Below, piece after piece: positions 39,302-50,897 of a DNA stretch of 64,000 nucleotides. The position numbers and the translations under genes were made by a program. The stretch is from Lama guanicoe (Eukaryota), in assembly GCA_013239625.1 (NCBI GenBank), contig MU053472.1:1691236-1755235 (forward strand). The letters run 5' to 3'. The stretch's first letter is position 1. Every line of letters starts with the position of its first letter. The notes beneath the pieces are model-generated. The model made no database searches and was not told the origin of the DNA. It was given only the letters and a program-made list of their open reading frames with translations.

Positions 39302-39529
39302 GTAAACGTTGAATGCATCTTTGAACCTCCGCTCAGCTCAGCTTGCAATGTGCTTTCTCCCTCTTAACAGAAAGTGTCTAACTTTAGGCATTCATTTCTT
39401 CTGTGCGCGTGCTCTTTATCTGTACTTACTGCTTACTGCTTTCTGCCTATTGTTTTCAGTGATCTCCATTTCTGACTATAGAGGGGGCAGTTGGAGGACC
39501 TGCAACCAGACCTCCTGTGGTAGAATCTC

Positions 39530-39705
39530 CATGACTTTCTAACTCTGTGAATTCAGACAGATGACTTAATCTCCCTGTGCCTTAATTTTCTGTCAGCGAA
39601 ACGGGAATAATAAAACCACCTGCCTCCTAGAGTTACCGTGAGGATCAAAGCACTTTGAATAGCGTGTGGCACATATGCAATAACTCAGTAAAAGACGAGC
39701 TGCTG
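39530..39705 (+). mobile_element. MIR SINE
   Basis: gacttaatctccctgtgccttaattttct...ataataaaaccacctgcctc...gtgaggatcaaa...tggcacatatg. Confidence 0.75.
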
Positions 39706-41179
39706 TGACTAGTGTCATTATCGATACTGTGTACTGTTGAGGTGTATAGGACCGATTCATTATTCGTATTTTTGTATAGTGCCTTTTACCCAGAAAACAG
39801 AAGAAATGAAGAATTCAGTCATAGGTGACTGAAATATAATTATAACCTTATTGCATACAGGCTTTTGTAGAATTGTTAGACTCAGTATTGATAAGTTGAC
39901 TTCTGAAACTCAGGGACACTCAGCACAAAACTGAATGTGAAGGTCGTACTATTTTTCCTTTTTCATGTGCTTTTGCTCACTGTCATACCATACGTTAGGA
40001 AATACGGTGGGATAAACGAATTCACCTATTCTCTAGCCTTTGCATTTCTTTATTTTGCAAATGAGTGAAAACTGGAAACGGTTTAAGTTCAAGAATATGG
40101 CGGTCACTGTGTGATGGGCTTTTAAGGAATTTGTTTTTGTTTCTACTATTTCCATTGGGTTAACGGGGATTTTCGATTCACTTCTGTGGTTTTCGGAAGT
40201 GTCTCCTTCCCATTAACTCACTGGTCCTTGGGGAGAGGTCGTCTTTGAGTCACAGCTGTAGGCATCTGAATTCCAGATTCTGCTTCTTCCAAGTGGAAGT
40301 ATTTGATGAGACGCCGAGACCTGTAGAGGGGCCTCCAGTTTCTTGAACTTCATGTTTTAATGAAGTGCTTCAAAATAAGTGGTAGCATCACTTTTCTTTT
40401 TAACATCTGTATGATGCATTCTTTTTTACCATTCAGACACTCTGTTTATAGCCTTCATTTGATGGTTTATTGTAATTATTTACTTTTGTTGATCAGTAGT
40501 TTTCTTGATACAGACCACATCACAGCTGTAAATGCAAAGCAAGCACACATTTCAGCCTTATATAGTTTCACCTACTGAAGACAGTCAGTAATAATGTGAT
40601 GTTTCTTGACTTCTCTTTCCACATCACTGTTTACTTGTGGATTGAAGTTTCCATTTGTATGTTTTAATTTTTGCCAAGAAAAATCAATCATGTGCACTGT
40701 AGCTCTGCTTTAAATTTTATGCCTCATATAACGCAGAGTATATATATGGTATATACATGTTAAATGGATATTTAACCTTCTAAGATAGCCTTCTTTTAGG
40801 CTATCTTAGTTTAGTACCTGGGTTTTCACTAGTTGTATGTACTTGCTTATTTTAGTTCAAATGAAGTTTTAATTTGTTGTTTTCAAATCTGTTGAAGTTT
40901 TCCTAGTGAATTTGTTTTCTTGTAAGCTATTTGATCATCCTTTTAAAAATATTACTATAACATTATACTAGTCTTCATATTCCAATACACCAAAATCATA
41001 CATATTTAAAATATCTTCATGTCACTTCCTGTCATTTCTCAGAGAGAGCAGATGAGTTCTTTAGGAAAAGTAGATTGGAAAGAGAGGCATTATGATTAAT
41101 ACCATCATGAAAACAAGGGGCTTTCATTTCAGAAGCCCTAACTGAAGAAACCATCTACTAAGTAAAGGTAGCATAGTTT

Positions 41180-41243
41180 TTTTAATAGACTATTTTATAG
41201 AGCAGTTTTAGGTTTACAGCAAATATGAGAGGAAGTTCAGATA
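41180..41243 (-). mobile_element. Tiny L1MC-type 3' terminal fragment with TSD
   Basis: aatagactattttatagagcagttttaggtttacagcaaa flanked by catagttttt on both sides. Confidence 0.6.
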
Positions 41244-41596
41244 ACATAGTTTTTGAGGAAAATAAAATTACCTGTGGAGTACCTTTTAAAACTCTTATAT
41301 TGTATCTAAATTATACTTCATAATTTATTTAATACTATAAAAACTTAGGCAAGTCTCTTTAAATATTTTATCTTTTGTCTATTTCATTTGGAATATGCTA
41401 CATTTTTTCCTCTCAAAGCTTTTCCATAAAATAAATGCCAGATAAGGTAGTTTGCAGTTGAAGCTCAGCTGGTATTTCTTGTTTTGCTTTTTACTGTTCA
41501 TGAAATATTTTGCGTTTTCTGTATACTTTTAGCATGGGCAAATTATATAGACTCCAAGTTTCAATAGTGTTGTTTTTAAATGGTTAATGAGACACG

Positions 41597-41610
41597 CCTC
41601 TAGAGGGCGA
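41597..41610 (+). promoter_or_regulatory. Candidate CTCF motif CCTCTAGAGGGCGA
   Basis: 12/14 match to CCASYAGRKGGCRS, with retained CpGs in non-repetitive AT-rich DNA. Confidence 0.35.
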
Positions 41611-44600
41611 TCTTTTCTAAACTTTCCTGTGATTGTAATCATGGCAGCCCTGGCATGAACCTGGTTGTACTGTGGATGTTGATGTCTTGTAAGATTTTAT
41701 AATAACCTAGCTTCCTTTTTATTATGTATTCTATGATGTACTCCTCAAAGTCTTATTAGAAAATTGGACTTTTGAAATATATTACTATCAACTAATATCT
41801 ATTTTTAGTACACCATCCAGGTATCTAGCTCCTATGAAAGAATTTAGTTGAATGGAGGCACAATTTTTAGTTAATTATTTGAGTAAATGGTTTGCATGTT
41901 CTAAAAATTGCTTTCTTTGTTTTTCTATTTATTGACCTATCTCTGTACTTTATGGGGCCAGAGCGATTAAACCATTACTGAGGCATCATTAGGGCTTAAT
42001 CCTGCCTTTCTTTTCTGTTAACATTCATTGGAGTTTTACTGCTTTTGTTTGCCTGTCTCTTCAGTATAATTTTCATATCAAAGCAGTACATACATTTATT
42101 ATAAAAGTCAAATAATGCCACAATTTTATAATGAAAAATTGCACTGTCTTGCCCCCACTGGTCCCCTTGCAGTGGCTTCTTCTTTCAAGTCTTCATAGTT
42201 GTTTTTCTTTCTTTTTTTTTTTTTTTTCTCGCCCCTTTCTGGGCATCACGTTAGTTGGATAATGGATCTCCTACACTGAGCTCCTTACTTTCCTTTCTCT
42301 CTCTGTGTGTTTTTGTCTTACTTTAAGAAAATGTCTCCAAGTTTATCTTCTAACCTTCTTTTTGCATTTTTACTTCTGCAATATGTTTTTAATATCCTTT
42401 TCTGTGAATGTTTCTTTTATCATCACATCCTTTTCTTATTTGATAGATGTGGAGTTGTTTCTCTCTTTAACAGTTATAATTTTTGAAGCACTTCTTTGCT
42501 CCTTGCATTATCATGTTTCCTCTGGGTTCCTTTTTCACTTTTCTTGTTGTTGTCATCATTATCTTTCATCCTAGAACTGTAGTTCTCATTCCTGTTTGTA
42601 CATCACAATTTACATGGATAGATTATAAAAGCACTGAAGCTAAGGCCCTGTCCCAGCCTGATTAAACCAACATACTGGCCCAAATGTCTACGAATCCTTG
42701 GCTGATCATTCTCATTTTTTATTTTATGTAAAAGTTTTATTATTAATTGTTTTCATTATTTCATTTTTATTCAGCTAATCAACAAACTCATACTAAAGAA
42801 CCATCTGGAAGGTCTTTGAGCATGAGCAGCTCCTACCAGTTTATAGATCCAACTGGTCTATCAGTTTCATGAGCCCCAATCAGTAGTATTTGTAGATCTT
42901 TCCGCTGCGACTGGTCAATTTCCCCATAAAGGAATCCTCTGAAAAACTCTCTGGCAATACAGATTTAGAAGTTTAGTTTTCAGGGAGTTGAAGGAGTTAC
43001 ATTATTTTAGTCTAATGATTAGAATAACAACAAGAGGATTTGGCTTATCTATTTGCAAGATAAGTTTGCCTTACTTTTCCAGTAAGGAAGACAATTAAGT
43101 AAGAAAATTCTGGTCAGGTGCCATTGAAATATGTTTTTTTTTCACAGTTGGGTTTTAGAAAAATTGGGGAGGGAGAAGAGAGTAGGAATTAGATTTCTTA
43201 GGATAATAATGAGCAGTGTCTGACTGAGTGACCCAAACACACAGATTTACAAATTATGAGACTACGGAGGAGCAGCCACAAGTAATCTTGAACTTAAAAA
43301 TCTGAGCAGGAAGCAAAATTCTAACTGCTGGCTTATAGCTTGTAAACTCCAAAAGGATGAGGAGAGTGGGGTCACTGCTGTGCCAGGGTTACACATACTG
43401 AGTAACATAATAGGTTCTTAGCATAAAATGAGATTTAGAATTTGGAGGAGGATGAGAAAAGGAAAGGGATTTAAGGTTCATTGAAAGAGTTATTCACCTT
43501 GGATGATGTGTTTTTGCAGGTGAGAATACTGAAGCTAGAATGAGGCACAAGAGTGAAACCATTTGAGAATGAATAGCAAGGAACCGGTGTGGGCATTGTT
43601 GTTGGCAGCTTCGGAAGAGACAGGCCATTCCATTTTCAGTGTTCAGAATCATCCCTAGTAGGGAACGCTTAACAGACGTTCAGTGATGTTTCACTCTTGT
43701 CTAATGTGGAGTGGATTGAAATGTGTCTACATTTGATAGAATCGTGGATGAAAGAAAATATAAAATGATAGTATTGATCAGTAAATATGGTTTTCTGACA
43801 ATGATTCAGCTGATTAAGAAAAAGAGTTCCTGCTAAGGCAGAGGAGTTACAGGGAAGGAGGTGGGGGCATCATTCTCAGGTGCACTGATATGGTCCTGCT
43901 GTCACTCTGCTTTGTGATTCTCACTCTCAGGGACTTTCTCTCAAAGGAGGTTTTGTGTAAACAGGTAAATTCATGGTTTTGCTTCTGGAAAAGTAAGTTT
44001 AGAAGACAAGGACTTGAACTTTTTATTAATGTTCATATGGTGTACTTTGACTTCTTTCTTTTCTCTCTCTCTTTCTCTCGTAAACAATTCTCTTTCACAG
44101 ACTGCTAATAATTTAGGGAGCTAAATTGGGTATGGGTTTCCTGTTTTCCTCTTGAGCAGAACATGTAAGCATATTTTGATAGAAAGATATTTAAATGTTT
44201 TTAAGCTGGAAATAAAATATATGTGAGTATAAAAGGTTTTATCTTCCCTGCTGTCAAAAATGCTGATTTGGCTCTTTTGCACAGTACTCCCATCTTTGTA
44301 TGGTTGTTAAAATCTGTTACTCTTTCCCATCTGAAGGAAATGCATCTTTGACACTTCTCATGACCTGAGTCATGATGCTGAAATAGAGCCAGAAAATATT
44401 CTTAACAGTCATGAGTAAAAAGAAGGAAGACTTCCTTGGGGTGGGGGTGAGGGAGCGGGAAGGAGATTGTGGGGAGAAGAACATCTCTGCTCTTGCTGCT
44501 GCAAATTATGTCTTTTTTGATGATTAAGAAAATTGCTTAACATTTTATTAGTGTACTTGTTATTCAACAGAAAATACTTTTGATTCTGATATTTAATTTT

Positions 44601-47600
44601 TCCTGACGTTTGCAATGTTTAATGTATTGGAAAAAGACAAGTTCTACAAGCATTAAATCATTTTGGATCCTCCAAGCCTAAAAAAATAACACCTGACATC
44701 TTGCAGTTTATTCAGTATTTTATCTTGTTACAAAACAAGCCTCCATTCTTCCACATCTTATATGTTCAATAGTTTAAGTAATAGCATTGTATTTATTGAG
44801 TGATGCAGATAAGTTTCTGTATTGTTTTCTTCAACGGTGAAGTGCTTCTGTTTGCTCTTTTGACAGGATACAGAATTCATTGTGAGATAAGCATGGGAGA
44901 TATGTGTGTAGAATATTTTCAAAAAAGCATTTCAGTGACGGTTCGATTATACTTTGGGGGAACTCATTTAATCCCAAATTTGGTCTAATAGATGCTAGAT
45001 TATGGGGTATTTAATTCTGGGGCTTTTTCACTAGGGTTACTGAAAGTCTTCACTCCTGAGCACGGAGTCCTCAAACTCTATATAAGCTCAGTTCAGAATA
45101 GGGGTAATTTTGAGGGGGCTTAAATATGTTAGATTTAGAAATAACTTGAATCTTAAAGTAAAAGTCCCAAGATTCTTTTCTTTTATTCTTATTTATAGAC
45201 AGAGTTTGCTTTCTTCTGTCTAGTGATTAATGTAGTCCGTTTACTGTTTTGTTTGATTTTTCGTCTTTGAAGCAGTTGCAAAGTACTGTTTAAAATGAAT
45301 TAAAACTTATTGAAACTTCTTAAATATTGAGAGCACTAGCTCTTACAAATTTTCTTCATCCCAAATCTTGGAATTCTCTAAGAATAATAAACTAAGGTAA
45401 TGAATTTCCCACTTATAGGGGGAGACTTTTAAAATTCATTTTATCAGTTTGTGTCGGCTGTGTGATTGAGCCTAAATTGTGGCACGAGCATAGTGGAGAG
45501 GAAATTTTCCAACAGCAGATTTCATTGCCTGTCCCCATACACGCTTCATCTCTGAAACTTTTTGGGCATTAAAATAAAAATTTCTTCTGTATATATTTTT
45601 GCATGTTACAAATGGTATTTCTGCCTCTTGATCTCTTCTCCCTTTCTGGGCTTATTTTTGCGTCCCAAGACCCTTTGTTTTCAAGACAGTCTTAATATCT
45701 TTTTGGAGCAGTGAAGACTGACCTTGTTCTGCATATAGTTTTAGCAGCAGTTACTTCCTTTGCCTTTTAATTTTCACGTATAAATTTTCTAAATTTATTG
45801 AGTTTTAGATTTAAGGAAATACTCAGATTTACATGTAATAGTCATGAGCGCAATAAGATAATAATTAGCTTGTGAAAATGTATTCAGACGAGAAAACTTA
45901 GCAAATTGTTTATTTGATTATTAACACATTTATATATTGATAAATATTTAGTAATTAATGCAGTTTCAAGCCTCCAGCGTGAAGTTTTAATTCTACTGAC
46001 ATCTAAAAAGCATTAGTGAGACGTTCCATGCAGCTGCTTTGTAGGTAGTATAAAGAGTGATGACAGTGTCATTAAAGACCTCAATCCCCATGTTGCAAAG
46101 TCAAAAACAAAAACGATTATATTCTTGCTTTCAGGCCAGTTTTGCAGGGGATTTCTCTCATCTTTCTACCTTCCCAACCTTCCCCCGAGTACCTATAGTA
46201 GTATCTTTTGTGCTGTGAACTGTTTCCTTGAAAAAGCAACAAGTGTTTTTGCTTGAAGTACATAAAGGTTCGCAGTAGTTTTGCTTCACCGTCTGTCACT
46301 CTCAAAAAAAAGTCATAGGGAGAAACAAGTCAGTGCTTCTTCAGAACTGCCCTTGAACTCTTTTTGTCTTGAACTTTGTCACCTAAAGTGTCTGGTCGTT
46401 CTGTTAACAGCCTTTTAAAAAATATGTATATATTATTCATTTTGTTTTAATTGTGGGTTCTGCTCTCCTTGGCTCCTGTGAACAAGCTTCGCTTCCGCCC
46501 AGTTTGGTATGTGGGTCAGAAGGCACTGTTTCTCACCAGGGCGCTGCTGTTTCCTCTTCCTACTTGAGTAGATTGCAGATTATACTGGAATACGCCTGAG
46601 AAAAGGTCAGAAAGGAGGGTGAAAGTCCTGGAACTGCAGCTGGGAAGCTTGTCATTCTCATCTAGCGAAAGGGGAAAAAGGAGAAAGAAAAAGCGAGAGA
46701 CTCCCATGTCGGCCCAAAACAACCCACATTCAGGAAATTCCCATTTGCACGGGGTACTTTTTATATATTCTGAAAGGACTTTATTTGGTTTTGATTAAAT
46801 AATTATCGAGTGTTTGGCTGAGAAAGCTTTAATGTTAAATTAGATGGCAAGCGAGAGCCAAGCAATGTTTTTAACTTTTCAGAGCCCAGATTTCCAGTGA
46901 GTGTTTCAAAACAAGCTACCATTGTACTTTTTTTTTTTTTGACAGAGTCTAGAAGTCGGGGGCTTTTCAACTACAGAGTTAACTTAGTTAAACTCATTGG
47001 TGTATTTTGGATTTTTATCCCTGTCATTTCCACAGCAGGATATTAAAAGCAGACCGAACAGTTTAGTCTTCTGTGGACAGCATGAAGCACCAAAAAAGCC
47101 CCATCAGAGCTCACTACCCAGTTTTTATTTTGGAAAGACATGATGTTGGGAATAGAACATCTACATGAGCTCTTAGACTAAGGAAGTTGTTGGAAGGAGG
47201 ACAGTAATGGGCTATTTGGGAATACGGTTCTTCCTATAGGATGATCATCTCAGGAGAGCTGGTTGTCACATCAGTGTTGGCTCTCAGTGTGTCTCATTAA
47301 TCCAGTTTCAAAATGTAAGAGTTCAAAACACCAGCAGACCAAGGACGCTGCCTGGGAGGCTCATATCCTAGAACAGGAATGGATCTTGTGGACAGATGGG
47401 AGGAAAGGTGCTGATAACAGAATTGGACACTACTGTGGGAGTCTCATTTTTATAGGTTTCTGTTCTAAACCTTTGGAAAAATGGAGTGCTTAAAGTAAAT
47501 AAAGTCCGTGTCCATGATAAGGGTCAAAAAGTGAGAAGATAATGCTGTGTTTTTCTTAGGTCACTGTCAACACTGCCTGGTGTCCTTTTGCTTTTTCGCA

Positions 47601-48688
47601 AATGAATCTTGACCATTTTTACATTTATTCCTAACCTCTAATGACAGCGTAAGACAGTGCTTCTTTATACTCTACATTCGCTATTTGATCCACGTTATTT
47701 CATTGTATTTCTAACTTTCTTACGCCTTCTGTTCCTAGACTCTTCCTTTGACCCCCCATTAGCAATAATATGTACCTCTAGAAACCTGTAACAGAAGGTT
47801 TTCTCTTTCTCACTGATGAACTGTTTTAAGGTACTTTCTCACCTACATCTCTGACCCCTTGATTGCTTCATGTTATTTTAACTGCTCTTACTCCCCTTGA
47901 TTCACAGTATGGTAGGGTAGGGAAATTTTTTAAAGGGTTGAGGGGAGGAAGCACAGAACTACATTTCTGTCTTATTTTTCCTCTTCTGTTTTGCATTTAA
48001 GAAGAAATGCATGAGTACCAACAGATACACTGATAATTAACTTTAATATTTAGCATAATCTGGAATGGTCAATAATTTCAGGATCTGGCGGCTTTAGAAA
48101 TTTCTCGTAGCTGGCAGTTTGCCACATTCACATGTTCTCACATCACTGCATTCAGAAGCTAAGAATACCAACCTGGCAGCTTCTGCAGGGAGGGTGAAGA
48201 TAAAACAGAAAGGAGTCTAGCTTTGCAGCCACGTTACCTGGGAGTTGTGGCTGATGTCTTTTCCACAAATGTTCAAGTTTGTCAAAGCCCAGTAAATCTT
48301 GGAAAGTTTATTTTCCTTGTAGCATCTGTGTTTTATAATGGGTCTTTTAATTTGTTTTTACTTTGTCTGCGGGGATTTCTTTTGTCCGGAGTTTTCAGAC
48401 TCTTGTCTTTTTTTTTTTTTCCTGTGGAAGTGAGTCCGTTAATGATGGCTGGTTTGGGAATATGCCTCTGCCAAGCTGACCCGACAAGCCGTTCCTCCAG
48501 TGCAGCAACAAAGCCTATTGTCATTTTTCTCTCTTTACTTTTATCCTCAACTTGGTCCAATTTTCCTCTGTGTTTTTATAGTGTAGAGTATCTGGGGAAA
48601 CGTACTTTGGGACAATGCATAAATGATAAGGTGGCATTTTGAAGTTAGCAGAATTTTTAGTAAACAGAAGTTATATCGTGTCAGTCTT

Positions 48689-48707
48689 ACACACACACAC
48701 ACACACA
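48689..48707. repeat. (AC)n microsatellite
   Basis: Perfect AC run of about 9 units. Confidence 0.9.
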
Positions 48708-49552
48708 GTGGTGCTCTGTGTTAATGTGGAGATTGAGAATTCCTTTCCCCCAGTGTACCGGCAGGTATTCTTCATGCAAAAGGCAGAAGAGGGAAAAAAA
48801 AGAGAGAACACATGAGGTTGTTTTCATAATCCCTTTTTCAAAAATGCAAATTTGTACAAACAAACACAAAAAAGTCAGTGGTTAAACCCCAATGTGAACT
48901 GTTCTGGTTTAGTGCTTTGTATTGTGATATTAAAAGCAACAGTAACCATAAACAAATAAACAACTGAAAACAAAATGAAACATTGTAGCTTTCAACATCA
49001 AAGGATGTTTTTAAAATTCTGATTTTTAAATGATCTTCTTTTCCCAAGTAGAATTCCTGCTTTAATTTATTGAGAAACCATTTTATTGGGACTTGGGATT
49101 TCCCCCCCTAAGAGAACTCCGTCTATCTTGGGGACTGGTAAACCTCTAAAGGATCAAAGCGCTAGTGGATTTGGTTAAAGACCCCAAAGCCTGAAGGCTT
49201 ATGGAAGTTTATCTATATAGAGTAAGCCCAAAAAACTGGGATGAGAGTCTTAGAAGAGCTTATTTTCTCATGAGATTTTTGGGACTTCCTCTGTTTGGAT
49301 GTGCCAGAAATACTGTGAGAATATCCATTCTTGTGGCATTTGTCACTTACAGGTCTTGTCTCAGCTGGAATTTGAAAGTATAATGGTGTGTGAAATATCA
49401 TATGAAGGCCACTACTAAAATTACAACTAAACAACCCTTGCTGTTTTCATTGTATTCATACAATAAAGAGAAAAATATGGTAAAGAATGGTCAGTGAAGG
49501 TGACATTCAGAATTTATGTAATGAATGACCTTCACGGATCTCAGAAATTTTT

Positions 49553-49805
49553 AATTAAAACATTTTTTTTAATTAAAGTATAGTCAGTTACAATGTGTCA
49601 GTTTCTGGTGTACAGCATAATGTCCCAGTCATGCATATGTATACATATATTCATTTTCATATTCTTTTTCATTAAAGGTTTTACAAGATTCTGAATATAG
49701 TTCCCTGTGCTATACAGAAGAATTTTTTTAAATCTATTTTTATATACAGTGGTTAACCTTTGTAAATCTCAAATCCCCAAATTTATTCCTTCCCATCCCC
49801 TTTCA
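49553..49805 (-). mobile_element. Camelid/cetartiodactyl L1 3' end with TSD
   Basis: aagtatagtcagttacaatg...ttccctgtgctatacag. TSD ctcagaaattttt (49540) / ctgagaaattttt (49806). Confidence 0.85.
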
Positions 49806-50547
49806 CTGAGAAATTTTTTATTTTAATAGTACCATCATGCATATGCCTAAAAGGTGGAGCAAAGAAACAGTGTTGCTATCCTTCTCTGTCCCAAGGGGAA
49901 TTGAAACAAAAACAGAGGGACAGACTTTATCCCCATCCAAGGCTTAGGAAGTTTCTTCTGCTGAACCTCATTATATTAAGAAGCTTCAGGCTTAATGAAA
50001 AATCCTGGCTCAGAAATTTAGGCTTGATAGAACAGTAAGGAAGTTACGGTTCCTTTTTCATCTATTAAAAAGTTCTTATTCTATTCTTAAAGTTACCAAG
50101 TCTAGGCTCCTGGCTGAGTCAACCTGAGACTAAGCAGAATAGTGAAAGCCAAGGATCTCAGCATCAGGCAATCTTCTGAAGTACTTTGAGTCCCCTCCAA
50201 AATTAATCTTTTTCCTATAGGTCATAGAGCCGTATCTTCCTATACTTCCTGGATATGCAAAAGAATCTATTTCCGTCATTCTTTCAGCACACCTGTCCTG
50301 AGCTGTCAGTGATTAGTAGGACGCTGCTCTGGCTCTGGAGGAGTCTTCAGTTTTCCCGGAGGATAAATCTGAAGGTTTGTTAGAGTCTAGTCACATTTTG
50401 AAAGGAGATCCATGACACAAAGGAGGAGATGGTGAAAATCATGTTTAGCTGAAGACTTTGAACAATTGAAAAGGGAAGAAAGGGTCATGGTATTATTCTC
50501 GTGTATTTGAGTCAGTGTGAACTTGTATTTTTAAATTTGGTATTATT

Positions 50548-50897
50548 TATTTTTTCATTTTAATTACAGTGTACTTGGTCTACAGTGTTGTATTAATTTC
50601 TGGTGTATGGCATAGTGCTTCAGTTTTATATATATGTATTTTATATATTTTTTTCATATTCTTTTTCATTATAGGCTAGTACAAGGTCTAAATGTAGTTC
50701 CCTGTGCTATACAGTAGGACCTTATTGTTTACATGGTTTCGTGGAGATTTTTCCTGTGGTTCCCCCTGCCCAGGATCTCTGTCAGAGTTCAGTAGGTATT
50801 CCGTGAGAATTGTTCCACGTGTAGATGTATTCTTGAAGTATCTGTGGGAGAGGGTCCGCTCCCGTGTCCTTCCATTCTGCCGTCTTGAAGCCGCCCC
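50548..50897 (-). mobile_element. Bipartite mini-L1: about 165 nt of L1 5' terminus fused to about 185 nt of L1 3' terminus
   Basis: Minus strand begins ggggcggcttcaagacggcagaa...aatacatctacacgtggaacaattctcacggaatacctactgaac (laurasiatherian L1 5' end) and runs straight into aaacaataaggtcctactgtatagcacagggaac...A tail. TSD 13/16 at 50532-50547 / 50898-50913. Confidence 0.8.

Noticed and set aside
43505..43526. tttttgcag|gtgaga recursive-splice-like motif
   Set aside because: Short pyrimidine tract in purine-rich, probably L2-derived sequence; expected by chance in 64 kb.
44438..44459. G-quadruplex motif GGGGTGGGGGTGAGGGAGCGGG
   Set aside because: Single isolated intronic motif, common in mammalian DNA, with no supporting context.
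48223..48642. 139-aa ORF in unique DNA
   Set aside because: Non-ATG start, runs through a T homopolymer, no recognisable domain and no convincing exon boundaries.
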